The notes beneath the pieces are model-generated. The model did not search any database, had not been told where the DNA came from, and worked only from the letters and a program-made list of their open reading frames with translations. 33,442 bases of DNA, from the IMG/VR virus record IMGVR_UViG_3300020045_014567, positions 1-33,442 of that record. One strand, written 5' to 3'. Positions 1-7,300 of the stretch are shown one piece after another (positions within the stretch are counted from its first letter, which is position 1; the number at the start of each line of letters is the position of its first letter). Source of the DNA: a virus. Taxonomy: Duplodnaviria > Caudoviricetes. Made by a program: the position numbers and the translations under genes.

Positions 1-17
1 TATTAAAAATAGACATC

Positions 18-347
18 ATGGAAGAGATTATCGTTAATAAAAGAAATATACCGAAAGAGTATATTATTGATTTACAAGGGAAAATGAATAAGGGAGTTTA
101 CGATTGTGTGAACTCAGGAAGTGGAAGTGACGATTGTAAATTCAATACATCACATAGACAAAGCAAATACAACGTAGTTGAAGACATAATTGGATTCGCT
201 CCATCTAAGTGGGGAACAATGGTTGTGTGGAAATGTAAAACATGTGGTCAGATTCAATTCTTTCATCTTCGAGAAAACGAAGCAATTCAACATTTCGATT
301 ATGTGAGAATGTATCATCAATTTAAAACAACCGGAACCTGGGATTAA
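18..347 (+). CDS. Hypothetical protein with Cys motifs (CxxC), possible Zn-binding
   Basis: 109-aa ORF with CKTC. Occupies the slot filled by the unrelated ORF 7069..7212 in the inverted copy. Confidence 0.6.
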   Translation: MEEIIVNKRNIPKEYIIDLQGKMNKGVYDCVNSGSGSDDCKFNTSHRQSKYNVVEDIIGFAPSKWGTMVVWKCKTCGQIQFFHLRENEAIQHFDYVRMYHQFKTTGTWD

Positions 348-349
348 TC

Positions 350-577
350 ATGGCAAAACTCATCCAATACGCAGTAATAACTGCTACAGAAGAACAACTT
401 CAAGAACAAGGACTCAGAACGCTTCACTCAAAACAAAAAGTAGTGGTAGAGAATGTTCTATTTAACCTTAAACTCTGCATAGTAAAAGTGAATCAATTCA
501 CTAACAGCTTTCATATAATGAAGAGATCAGATCTCAATTTGATTGAAAACCAACAACTAACACTTCAATTCGACTAA
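350..577 (+). CDS. Hypothetical protein, paralog of 6839..7066
   Basis: Both are 75 aa, MAKLIQYAVITATEEQLQE...ENQQLTLQF. Confidence 0.85.
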   Translation: MAKLIQYAVITATEEQLQEQGLRTLHSKQKVVVENVLFNLKLCIVKVNQFTNSFHIMKRSDLNLIENQQLTLQFD

Positions 578-578
578 T

Positions 579-986
579 ATGATTATCGCAGTAGACTTCG
601 ATGGAACCATCGTTGAGAACGAATTCCCTAAAATTGGACAATTCAAACCTGGAGCGAAGGAAACTCTCGCAAAACTTCATAGTGAAGGTCACTATATCAT
701 AATTTGGACCTGTCGTTCAGGCATCAAATGTAGCGCTGCAGAAAAATTTCTCAAGAACAACAATGTGAAATATCACGTTATCAACGAGTCAAATCCTGTT
801 AACCTAGCTCTTCATAAAGGAGTCGATACTCGCAAAGTACATGCAGATATCTATATTGATGATCGACACCTTGGATTCAAAGTTGATTGGAAAGAAATCT
901 ACAAAGAAGTTCAAAAACTTAACGGAACTTATATTCCGTATTGGAAGCAACTATGGTATTGGTTCGTTGAATACTTAAATAAGTAA
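579..986 (+). CDS. HAD-superfamily hydrolase/phosphatase (BT0820-like), copy 1
   Basis: Motifs IIAVDFDGT, WTCR, K...ADIYIDD. Confidence 0.85.
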   Translation: MIIAVDFDGTIVENEFPKIGQFKPGAKETLAKLHSEGHYIIIWTCRSGIKCSAAEKFLKNNNVKYHVINESNPVNLALHKGVDTRKVHADIYIDDRHLGFKVDWKEIYKEVQKLNGTYIPYWKQLWYWFVEYLNK

Positions 987-989
987 GAG

Positions 990-1316
990 ATGGCACTAAA
1001 CGAACAACAAATTCAAGCTCTCGAGAAGAAAGGATTTAATCTCGAAACCATGAATAGATACGAAAGTGCTATCTATCTTCTTCAGAATTTATCTAATACT
1101 CTGACATTGGACTACGACGAATACATGAAGCATTTTGGGCTCAGAGGTAAAGCATCAGATCTTGCAAACAAAGTGAAGAAATCAACGGAGAACTATCTTC
1201 AACATATACGTGAAGTAATCCCTGAAAGAGAAGGAGTGAAATTCTTATTAGATTATGAAAGATTCGAAGCAGACTTCCGCAAATTTGCAGGACTTGAAGA
1301 GCTTAAAACTGAGTAG
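990..1316 (+). CDS. Hypothetical protein, paralog of 5268..5597
   Basis: Shared MALN(E/D)QQI.ALEKKGF start and colinear similarity. Confidence 0.8.
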   Translation: MALNEQQIQALEKKGFNLETMNRYESAIYLLQNLSNTLTLDYDEYMKHFGLRGKASDLANKVKKSTENYLQHIREVIPEREGVKFLLDYERFEADFRKFAGLEELKTE

Positions 1317-1452
1317 ATTTCGAACGTTAATCGCAACAAAAGTGCGAAGTTTACCGAGAAAAGAACTTTACTCGAAAGAGATTGAAGAATTTCTCGAAAG
1401 TAAACCGAAAACAAAGAGAGAAAAAGAAATAGATAAAGATTATACCTTCTAA
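1294..1452 (+). CDS. Small basic hypothetical protein, paralog of 5129..5290
   Basis: C-terminus EFLESKPKTKREKEIDKDYTF is identical in both copies. TTG start at 1294 inferred from the paralog length. Confidence 0.6.
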   Translation: MKSLKLSRFRTLIATKVRSLPRKELYSKEIEEFLESKPKTKREKEIDKDYTF

Positions 1453-1462
1453 AGAAATTGAT

Positions 1463-1609
1463 ATGTTAATACCGTTTAGTTTTAAAGCAGATCCTCAACG
1501 AATAAAGCAAGAGAGGGAAGAAAGAGAAAAAGATCGTCAACGATCTAAACATATCGCTTCGTGTACAAAAGCTCACTCAAAAAGAAAATCTAAAAAGAAA
1601 CAAAAATGA
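1463..1609 (+). CDS. 48-aa highly basic protein (not in ORF track), paralog of 4797..4937
   Basis: MLIPFSFKADPQRIKQEREEREKDRQRSKHIASC...; stop overlaps the groES start (ATGA). Confidence 0.7.
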   Translation: MLIPFSFKADPQRIKQEREEREKDRQRSKHIASCTKAHSKRKSKKKQK

Positions 1610-1863
1610 TAAAACCAATCGGATCAAGAGCAGCTCTCAAGCCAATTGAGATAGAAAGAAAGTCACTAACTGGATTAATACTTCCAGACGACAATTCTCA
1701 AAAAATAATCACAGGACAAGTCGTGTCTTGTGGAATCAAAACAACTGAAGTGAAACAAGGTGACTTCGTACTATTCAACAAGTATTCAGGAATCAAACTT
1801 GAGTTCGAAGGACAATCATTGTCTCTCGTTGAAGAAAGTGAAATACTTGTTGTAATTCAGTAA
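1606..1863 (+). CDS. groES: Co-chaperonin GroES, copy 1
   Basis: IKPIGSR, GLILPD mobile loop, VKQGDFVLFNKYSG, EILVVI. Confidence 0.9.
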   Translation: MIKPIGSRAALKPIEIERKSLTGLILPDDNSQKIITGQVVSCGIKTTEVKQGDFVLFNKYSGIKLEFEGQSLSLVEESEILVVIQ

Positions 1864-1876
1864 AAATCGAAAGAAA

Positions 1877-2305
1877 ATGAAAAGGATCGAGTTTAAAGCA
1901 AAATATCATGATTCTAAGATCGAGATTAAATTAAATCTCCTACATGCTTCATCTTTGAATAAAGGATTGTCATCAGAGGTCAATTGGATTATTGACGTTT
2001 GCAGAGAGCTGCAATTTGAGTATGAATTTTCTGAAATCAGAACATCTCCCAATACTCAACTTTATTATATTTTCGATCCTCAATTACGCGCCAGAGAGAT
2101 TCCGTTGAGATATCGATATGAAGACGTCTTTTCAGATTGGAAGTCAGTTTGTGAAACAGAGCAAAAAGAAAAGTATAAAGAACTCGAATTACTTCTAAGG
2201 CGAAACGGAATTGAGACAGAGAGCTTCACTGAGGTAACGAATAACCCAGAATACTTAAAACATATCAAGGCTTCTGGATATATTCAAGCTCTCCTTCGCT
2301 TGTAG
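1877..2305 (+). CDS. Hypothetical protein, 3' end possibly truncated at junction
   Basis: 142-aa ORF preceded by AATCGA. Overlaps the terL fragment convergently by 41 nt. Confidence 0.65.
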   Translation: MKRIEFKAKYHDSKIEIKLNLLHASSLNKGLSSEVNWIIDVCRELQFEYEFSEIRTSPNTQLYYIFDPQLRAREIPLRYRYEDVFSDWKSVCETEQKEKYKELELLLRRNGIETESFTEVTNNPEYLKHIKASGYIQALLRL

Positions 2306-2861
2306 AAATCATCTGCCCTTTGGGAAAGCAAACTGTACCCTTGTGACCAGTAATGTTCGATCCGGTCGTCTTAGATAGTCTAAAACCACCCTTGTCGTTC
2401 ATAAAGTAACTCTTACTGTCAGCGTCGGACCGTATTTGATACAAGTGTCCGAACAGCTCTTGGTACTCGTCGCTCTTGATGATGTCTTTTGAATACTGTG
2501 CGTTTAGAAGCGATAAGTCCTCATCGAACGAGATAGAGATCATTGGGAGCGACGCTTGTTTGATCCACATCCATGCTAAGAGCGACACTGATGTGATGAG
2601 CGACTTGGAGGTGCGTGGGGGAATGTTAACAATTAGGTCGGTAGTCCTTTCCTCCTTTCTAATGATCCTTTCAACCTCAACTTGGTATAAATCACATAGA
2701 TACCTGATGTGAAAGGTGTCCTCATACTTCTCATTAGGGAACAAAATTTGGAAGCTCCAAACAAAAAATTCGTAGTACGATTCGGTAAATATTAGCCTTT
2801 TTAACTCGAGCTCGAGTTCTCTGTCTATAGATTTTGTAATTTGCTCACTCTTTCCTGCCAT
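2265..2861 (-). CDS. terL: Terminase large subunit, N-terminal ATPase part ending in an intein N-fragment
   Basis: LIVNIPPRTSKS Walker A and GSNITGHKG just before the expected Walker B. Walker B and the nuclease domain are absent. Confidence 0.85.
   Translation of the reverse strand: MAGKSEQITKSIDRELELELKRLIFTESYYEFFVWSFQILFPNEKYEDTFHIRYLCDLYQVEVERIIRKEERTTDLIVNIPPRTSKSLITSVSLLAWMWIKQASLPMISISFDEDLSLLNAQYSKDIIKSDEYQELFGHLYQIRSDADSKSYFMNDKGGFRLSKTTGSNITGHKGTVCFPKGQMISTSEGELEYIQKP
2268..2330 (-). mobile_element. Intein N-terminal block A (21 aa, CFPKGQMISTSEGELEYIQKP)
   Basis: Fits the intein block A pattern C-h-x-x-G-x-x-h-x-T-x-x-G, followed by a stop. Confidence 0.75.
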
Positions 2862-2951
2862 TCACCATTTTTTTTCTTAACAAACATTAACGATCTCCAA
2901 TAAACCTTAATACGATTCTCTTTTAATTCTCTCAATATCAACTAATTAAAA

Positions 2952-3182
2952 TCAACCCTCTACGCTCTTAGCTTCAAGCTCATCGGTTCTTACATCCTCT
3001 CTCGGAATCTGCTTACCGCAACTAAGGCACTCAGTGTGGCTATCGGTGTTCTCAACTATCTCTCGAGTAGCGTCGATGACTCTCCCTTTGAAGTCTCTAT
3101 CTTCAGTACCGTGACCGAATACCTCGTAGCTTATTCTGAAGCCTTTGGTTGATTTGCAATGTGGACACTTTCTGTATTTCAT
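2952..3182 (-). CDS. Zinc-ribbon protein
   Basis: CPHC...CLSC. Confidence 0.7.
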   Translation of the reverse strand: MKYRKCPHCKSTKGFRISYEVFGHGTEDRDFKGRVIDATREIVENTDSHTECLSCGKQIPREDVRTDELEAKSVEG

Positions 3183-3207
3183 TGTCTGTTTTTCTTTTCA
3201 ATCAAGT

Positions 3208-3579
3208 TTATTCTTTCGGTAGTGGAGGCAGTTCGAAATAGTGAGTGACTATTCCTGGCTTCACAATTGATGGTAGCGAGAAATATAATCCTTTCAAGCG
3301 TCCTGAGCCTGTGAGAGAGTTTGGTCCTCCATACGATATTTCTACCTCTGCCCAATTGACTCTCGCTAATAACACTCTCTTTCCTCTACCGTAAGAAGTG
3401 TAATCAAGAACTACTAATACTTCACTTCCTATCTCTGGTTGATTTTCTTTTGTTAGAGGTATCCATTCGATAGCGAATTCTACTCCTGCTACAAATCCAT
3501 TGTAAGAACTCGCATAACCTATTAAAGACTTATCGATAGCATAACTTTTCGCTGCTTCTTGTATCGTTTTTCTTTTCAT
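3208..3579 (-). CDS. Phage hypothetical protein (DUF551-like WIP...PE...VLV segment)
   Basis: EWIPL...QPEIGSEVLV...VTHY pattern. Confidence 0.55.
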   Translation of the reverse strand: MKRKTIQEAAKSYAIDKSLIGYASSYNGFVAGVEFAIEWIPLTKENQPEIGSEVLVVLDYTSYGRGKRVLLARVNWAEVEISYGGPNSLTGSGRLKGLYFSLPSIVKPGIVTHYFELPPLPKE

Positions 3580-3584
3580 TGTGT

Positions 3585-3872
3585 TTATTTTACTTCTGGA
3601 CTTGTTAGATAGAAACTACTTCTTATCTCTCCAATGAATTGAGGCTGAAGATTAGTGGCATCTACTGCGTAATCGATCAATCTCGTGAAGTGCTTTTTGC
3701 TTTCTTCATATGAATAACTACAAACGATCAGATCTGTGAATTTTCTTCCGCGTAGATCTTGTTGATCTTTTATTATAACTACTTCATCGTTTGGACTTAT
3801 GAGTCTATCGATTTTAATATAGTACTCTAAGTGTTTTTGATATCCAATGAAAGCGATTACCTTCTTCTCTGA
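3585..3872 (-). CDS. Open frame lacking a canonical start codon
   Basis: About 95 open codons (KKVIAFIGYQ...DLRGRKFTDLI...EVK) exactly filling the gap between co-oriented genes. Confidence 0.45.
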   Translation of the reverse strand, partial: SEKKVIAFIGYQKHLEYYIKIDRLISPNDEVVIIKDQQDLRGRKFTDLIVCSYSYEESKKHFTRLIDYAVDATNLQPQFIGEIRSSFYLTSPEVK

Positions 3873-4126
3873 AGGATTGTTTCAATACACTTCTCAACTT
3901 CTCCTTCACATCGCCTCATTTCTTCAACTGTTGTATCGAACTTAGCTGCGAAATCTTTCATGTTTTCTCCTTGTTTAGGAGGTAAGCTTGGAAGGTTTTC
4001 TCGATCGTATTTCTGAATACAATTTCTTTCGTAAGCTAACATTGCGTTGAACGCTCTCTGTTGCTTTTCGATTGCTTCTTGCGACGGTTCGCAGTAAATT
4101 TCCTGAAAATCTTTTTGAGTTTCCAT
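3857..4126 (-). CDS. Hypothetical protein
   Basis: 89-aa ORF in operon orientation with AATCGC upstream. Confidence 0.65.
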   Translation of the reverse strand: METQKDFQEIYCEPSQEAIEKQQRAFNAMLAYERNCIQKYDRENLPSLPPKQGENMKDFAAKFDTTVEEMRRCEGEVEKCIETILQRRR

Positions 4127-4142
4127 ATTGCGATTTTTCTTT

Positions 4143-4526
4143 TTAAAGCTGTTTTAATCTCTCAAGTACATCTTGAGGAGTGTGACCGTCAAATTCGTTT
4201 GGAATAACCTTCTCGGGAACTTTAAATAGATTCCAGTCTTTTAATTCGTAATGAAAACTTATTTGTCCAGTTGGAAGCTCTGCTACCACAATGAAGTATT
4301 CTCCATCGAAACACCATTCTCCATCGCTATGTCTGAAGCTTTTATGGATATCGTATTTCTTTTCTTCGCTCCATTGATTGAAGAGGAGAACATTGAATGT
4401 TTTTCTGAATTCATAGAGCTCTCCGAATGTATGATATCCGTCTGAGATTAGATCTGTGTCGAGCTGGGTTTCTTTTTTGTAGCGGGAGATTCCGCCATTA
4501 AATATCTCTTCAACTGTTCTATTCAT
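4143..4526 (-). CDS. tad1: Tad1-like anti-defence sponge protein
   Basis: SDGYHTFGELY, KSxxHSDG, GQISFHY, FDGHTxxDVLERL (WDGH-family motifs). Confidence 0.75.
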   Translation of the reverse strand: MNRTVEEIFNGGISRYKKETQLDTDLISDGYHTFGELYEFRKTFNVLLFNQWSEEKKYDIHKSFRHSDGEWCFDGEYFIVVAELPTGQISFHYELKDWNLFKVPEKVIPNEFDGHTPQDVLERLKQL

Positions 4527-4537
4527 CTCTTTTCGAT

Positions 4538-4795
4538 TTACTGGATTATAGCGAGTATCTCATCTTCTTCAACGAGAGATATCGATTCGTCTTCAACTTC
4601 GAGTTTGATTCCTGAGTACTTGTTGAATAGTACGAGATCTCCCTCTTTTACTTCAGTTACTTTTACTCCACAAGACATAACTTGTCCTGTGATTATTTTT
4701 TGAGAATTGTCGTCTGGAAGCATTAATCCTCCTATTGACTTTCTTTCGATCTCAATTGGTTTGAGAGCTACTCTTGATCCGATTGGTTTTATCAT
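4538..4795 (-). CDS. groES: Co-chaperonin GroES, copy 2
   Basis: GroES motifs; 69/85 aa identical to copy 1 by manual count. Confidence 0.9.
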   Translation of the reverse strand: MIKPIGSRVALKPIEIERKSIGGLMLPDDNSQKIITGQVMSCGVKVTEVKEGDLVLFNKYSGIKLEVEDESISLVEEDEILAIIQ

Positions 4796-4796
4796 T

Positions 4797-4937
4797 TTAT
4801 TTCTTTTTAGATTTTCTTTTTGAGTGAGCCTTTGCGCATGAAGCGATATGTTTAGATCGTTGACGATCTTTTTCTCTTTCTTCCCTCTCTTGCTTTATTC
4901 GTTGAGGATCTGCTTTAAAACTAAACGGCATTAACAT
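4797..4937 (-). CDS. 46-aa highly basic protein (not in ORF track)
   Basis: Near-identical paralog of 1463..1609. Confidence 0.7.
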   Translation of the reverse strand: MLMPFSFKADPQRIKQEREEREKDRQRSKHIASCAKAHSKRKSKKK

Positions 4938-4938
4938 A

Positions 4939-5116
4939 TCAATTGGGTTCAAAATTCAACATGATCGCGTCAGGTATTCTCAGAAAAAGTTCGGTTTCAG
5001 TAAGTTTCGGATTTTTAAATCTTAAAATTACACATGTTCCGCTTACGTATAGTGTTAATAAAACTATCACTAAATAAGCAAAAGGAAATAATCTATCAAA
5101 TGTTTTTCTTTTTCAT
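4939..5116 (-). pseudogene. Small membrane protein with a +1 A frameshift just after the start
   Basis: Removing one A from ATGAAAAAGAAAAAC gives MKRKTFDRLFPFAYLVIVLLTLYVSGTCVILRFKNPKLTETELFLRIP...; AATCGA precedes the ATG. Confidence 0.6.
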
Positions 5117-5128
5117 ATCGATTTTTAT

Positions 5129-5290
5129 TTAAAAGGTATAATCTTTATCTATTTCTTTTTCTCTCTTTGTTTTCGGTTTACTTTCAAGAAACTCTTTGAC
5201 TTCTTGTGAAGTTTTATCGTAGAGTTGTTTCTTAGGTAGAGTTAACTTTCTCAATGCGATTAGTTTTCTAAACTTTTCTTGCTTGTTCAT
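5129..5290 (-). CDS. 53-aa basic protein (not in ORF track)
   Basis: MNKQEKFRKLIALRK...KDYTF, paralog of 1294..1452. Confidence 0.7.
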   Translation of the reverse strand: MNKQEKFRKLIALRKLTLPKKQLYDKTSQEVKEFLESKPKTKREKEIDKDYTF

Positions 5291-5597
5291 CTAGTCCAGT
5301 TAGTTTGCGAATTTTCTTTTCGAGAGTCTCGTAGTTCTTGAAGAATCTCATCTTCTGATCTCGAGGGATCACATCTCTAATACTATTGAAATATTCTTCG
5401 TTCAGCATTTTAAGTTTTCGAGCATACTCTGAAGTCTTACCTTTGATCCCGAAAGGCTTCATATATTCATCGAAATCTAACCGAATTGTGTCACTTACAT
5501 GTTGAAGGAGAAAGATTGCCCTCTCGTGCTTGTTTAATACTTCTTGATCGAATCCTTTCTTCTCAAGAGCTTCAATTTGTTGATCGTTTAGTGCCAT
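5268..5597 (-). CDS. Hypothetical protein, paralog of 990..1316
   Basis: Start reassigned to MALNDQQ at 5597 by paralog alignment. Confidence 0.8.
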   Translation of the reverse strand: MALNDQQIEALEKKGFDQEVLNKHERAIFLLQHVSDTIRLDFDEYMKPFGIKGKTSEYARKLKMLNEEYFNSIRDVIPRDQKMRFFKNYETLEKKIRKLTGLDEQARKV

Positions 5598-5598
5598 C

Positions 5599-6063
5599 CT
5601 ATTTGCAATTTCTATATTTATCGTAGCAACATTTCTTATACTTCTTTTCGCTTCCACATGGACATTTTTCGTTTCTTCCAACATATCTGTAATGAAGATC
5701 GTATTCTTGCTGCTTCTCTTTGAATTGAGCTACTTGACGACTATATTCAACTTGATGATTTTCATCTATTTCTCGTTGACCTGCGTCGTCTTCTATTACG
5801 CGAATATTGTCGCCTACGTCAGTGAATAATTCTGATAACATATCTCTCGGCTTTATGAACTTCAAGTAATCACCATAACGTCTGAGTTGAGCGTTTTTGT
5901 AGCGTTGACGTTGTTCTTGTATCTTTTCAATAGGGATTTCGGAAAGTTTGTATTCTTTAGTGATAGTTCTGCAAATTGTACAAGATCCTTCTTCTCCTCG
6001 ATACTGAACAGTGAACTCTTGACATTTAGAGCACCAGAAGCGACTATATTCGATCGTTGGCAT
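5599..6063 (-). CDS. Zn-ribbon plus C-terminal SEC-C motif protein
   Basis: CSKC...CTIC and VGRNEKCPCGSEKKYKKCC. Confidence 0.8.
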   Translation of the reverse strand: MPTIEYSRFWCSKCQEFTVQYRGEEGSCTICRTITKEYKLSEIPIEKIQEQRQRYKNAQLRRYGDYLKFIKPRDMLSELFTDVGDNIRVIEDDAGQREIDENHQVEYSRQVAQFKEKQQEYDLHYRYVGRNEKCPCGSEKKYKKCCYDKYRNCK

Positions 6064-6066
6064 GAT

Positions 6067-6474
6067 TTATTTATTTAAGTATTCAATAAACCATCGAATT
6101 AGTTGTTTCCAGTATGGAACATAAGTTCCGTTTGCTTTCTGAATCTCTTTATAGATTTCTTTCCAATCGATTTTGAATCCAATATGTTTGTCGTCAATGT
6201 ATTTGTCGGCGTAAATCTTGCGTGAATCTATTCCTTTGTAAAAGGCTAAGTTCTCCGGATTTGATTTGTTGATTGCGTGGAATTTCACGTTATGTTTTTT
6301 CAGATGTTTCTCTGCAGCAGAACACTTAATTCCCGAACGACAAGTCCATATGATGATATAATGGCCTTCGTTATACAGTTTTGCGAGAGTCTCTATTGCT
6401 CCCTTTTTGAATCGTCCTATTCTTGGAAACTCGTTCTCAACGATGGTTCCGTCGAAGTCTACTGCTATAATCAT
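6067..6474 (-). CDS. HAD-superfamily hydrolase, copy 2
   Basis: DFDGT motif; same length as 579..986. Confidence 0.85.
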   Translation of the reverse strand: MIIAVDFDGTIVENEFPRIGRFKKGAIETLAKLYNEGHYIIIWTCRSGIKCSAAEKHLKKHNVKFHAINKSNPENLAFYKGIDSRKIYADKYIDDKHIGFKIDWKEIYKEIQKANGTYVPYWKQLIRWFIEYLNK

Positions 6475-6837
6475 GGTTTATTAAGGTATGAATAAGTTAA
6501 TTCAAAAAATATCTGACGAATGAAATACGAAGATAATGCGAATACTGGATTAAATGTGATAGCGATAGCTGCGATCAAACAGATATCTCTTACAACGTCA
6601 GATAAATGCCAAGCGTCAGTGAGAAATGCGAACCATCGACTACTTCCCCAGAATTTTTTCTCCTTGCTTAGGATCTCCGTTCTTCCATTTGTTTTGAGAA
6701 GATCTGCTTTTCTGCCAATATAACTGGTTAAGTTGCGCGAACTTTGTTTCTTTGAAACTGCTTTTTGACGAAGTATCAGCGACGGCTTTCGCTATACCTG
6801 AAAGAGCGAGTAAAGTGATAGATATGATTGCGACCAT
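6471..6837 (-). pseudogene. Membrane protein (121 aa if corrected) with a +1 A frameshift at 6654-6659
   Basis: Removing one A joins KWKNGDPKQGEK to FWGSSRWFAFLTDAWH...LNKP, whose stop overlaps the next ATG (ATGA). Confidence 0.7.
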
Positions 6838-6838
6838 A

Positions 6839-7066
6839 TTATTCGAATTGAAGGGTTAGTTGTTGATTCTCAATGAGTTCAAGTTGAGATTTCTTCATTA
6901 CATGAAACGATTTTGCGTACTCATGCGTTCTTACAATGCAAAGTTTGATATTGAATAAAACTTGTTCTACAACTACTTTCTGCTTCGAATGAAGTGTTCT
7001 AAGGCCACTTTCTTGAAGTTGTTCTTCTGTAGCAGTTATTACTGCGTATTGGATTAGTTTTGCCAT
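6839..7066 (-). CDS. Hypothetical protein, paralog of 350..577
   Basis: Colinear 75-aa paralog. Confidence 0.85.
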   Translation of the reverse strand: MAKLIQYAVITATEEQLQESGLRTLHSKQKVVVEQVLFNIKLCIVRTHEYAKSFHVMKKSQLELIENQQLTLQFE

Positions 7067-7068
7067 AA

Positions 7069-7212
7069 TTAATCCCCCACTTCCTCTTCTCTTAATTCAA
7101 CTTCTTCGCCTTCGATATAAACTACAAAACTGTGAGGGTTACCGTCTTTTGATAGTTCGCGAATTTGAGATTCTAGTTGATCTAAAGTGATTGATAATAC
7201 TTCTTCTTCCAT
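7069..7212 (-). CDS. 47-aa acidic protein (not in ORF track)
   Basis: MEEEVLSITLDQLESQIRELSKDG...EEVGD; first gene after the promoter motif, AATCGA upstream. Confidence 0.65.
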   Translation of the reverse strand: MEEEVLSITLDQLESQIRELSKDGNPHSFVVYIEGEEVELREEEVGD

Positions 7213-7259
7213 GATGTTCGATTTTTAAGAATAAATAATTGCGATTTATTTGATGTTGG

Positions 7260-7300
7260 GAAAGTACTACCTTTATTTCTATTTAGCAACAAAAGTATGT
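7260..7300 (-). promoter_or_regulatory. Phage promoter motif copy 1 (Bacteroidota -33/-7-like)
   Basis: Minus strand ACATACTTTTGTTGCT-N17-GTACTTTC. Confidence 0.7.

Larger units (their letters stand above)
350..1863. repeat. Left arm of diverged inverted duplication (partner 4538..7066)
   Basis: Six genes in the same order as 4538..7066 on the opposite strand. 1396-1448 is the exact reverse complement of 5133-5185; 1456-1560 matches 4840-4944 with one mismatch. Confidence 0.95.
4538..7066. repeat. Right arm of diverged inverted duplication, with three extra genes
   Basis: Same six genes as 350..1863, reverse orientation. Confidence 0.95.

Noticed and set aside
2080-2268. Minus ORF directly after the intein fragment as the possible IntC or a readthrough
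   Set aside because: No TxxH or terminal HN motif, it is antisense to the 142-aa ORF, and the TerL frame hits another TGA within 13 codons.
5598-5684. N-terminal extension of the 138-aa ORF
   Set aside because: Overlaps the SEC-C gene; the paralog shows the real start at 5597.
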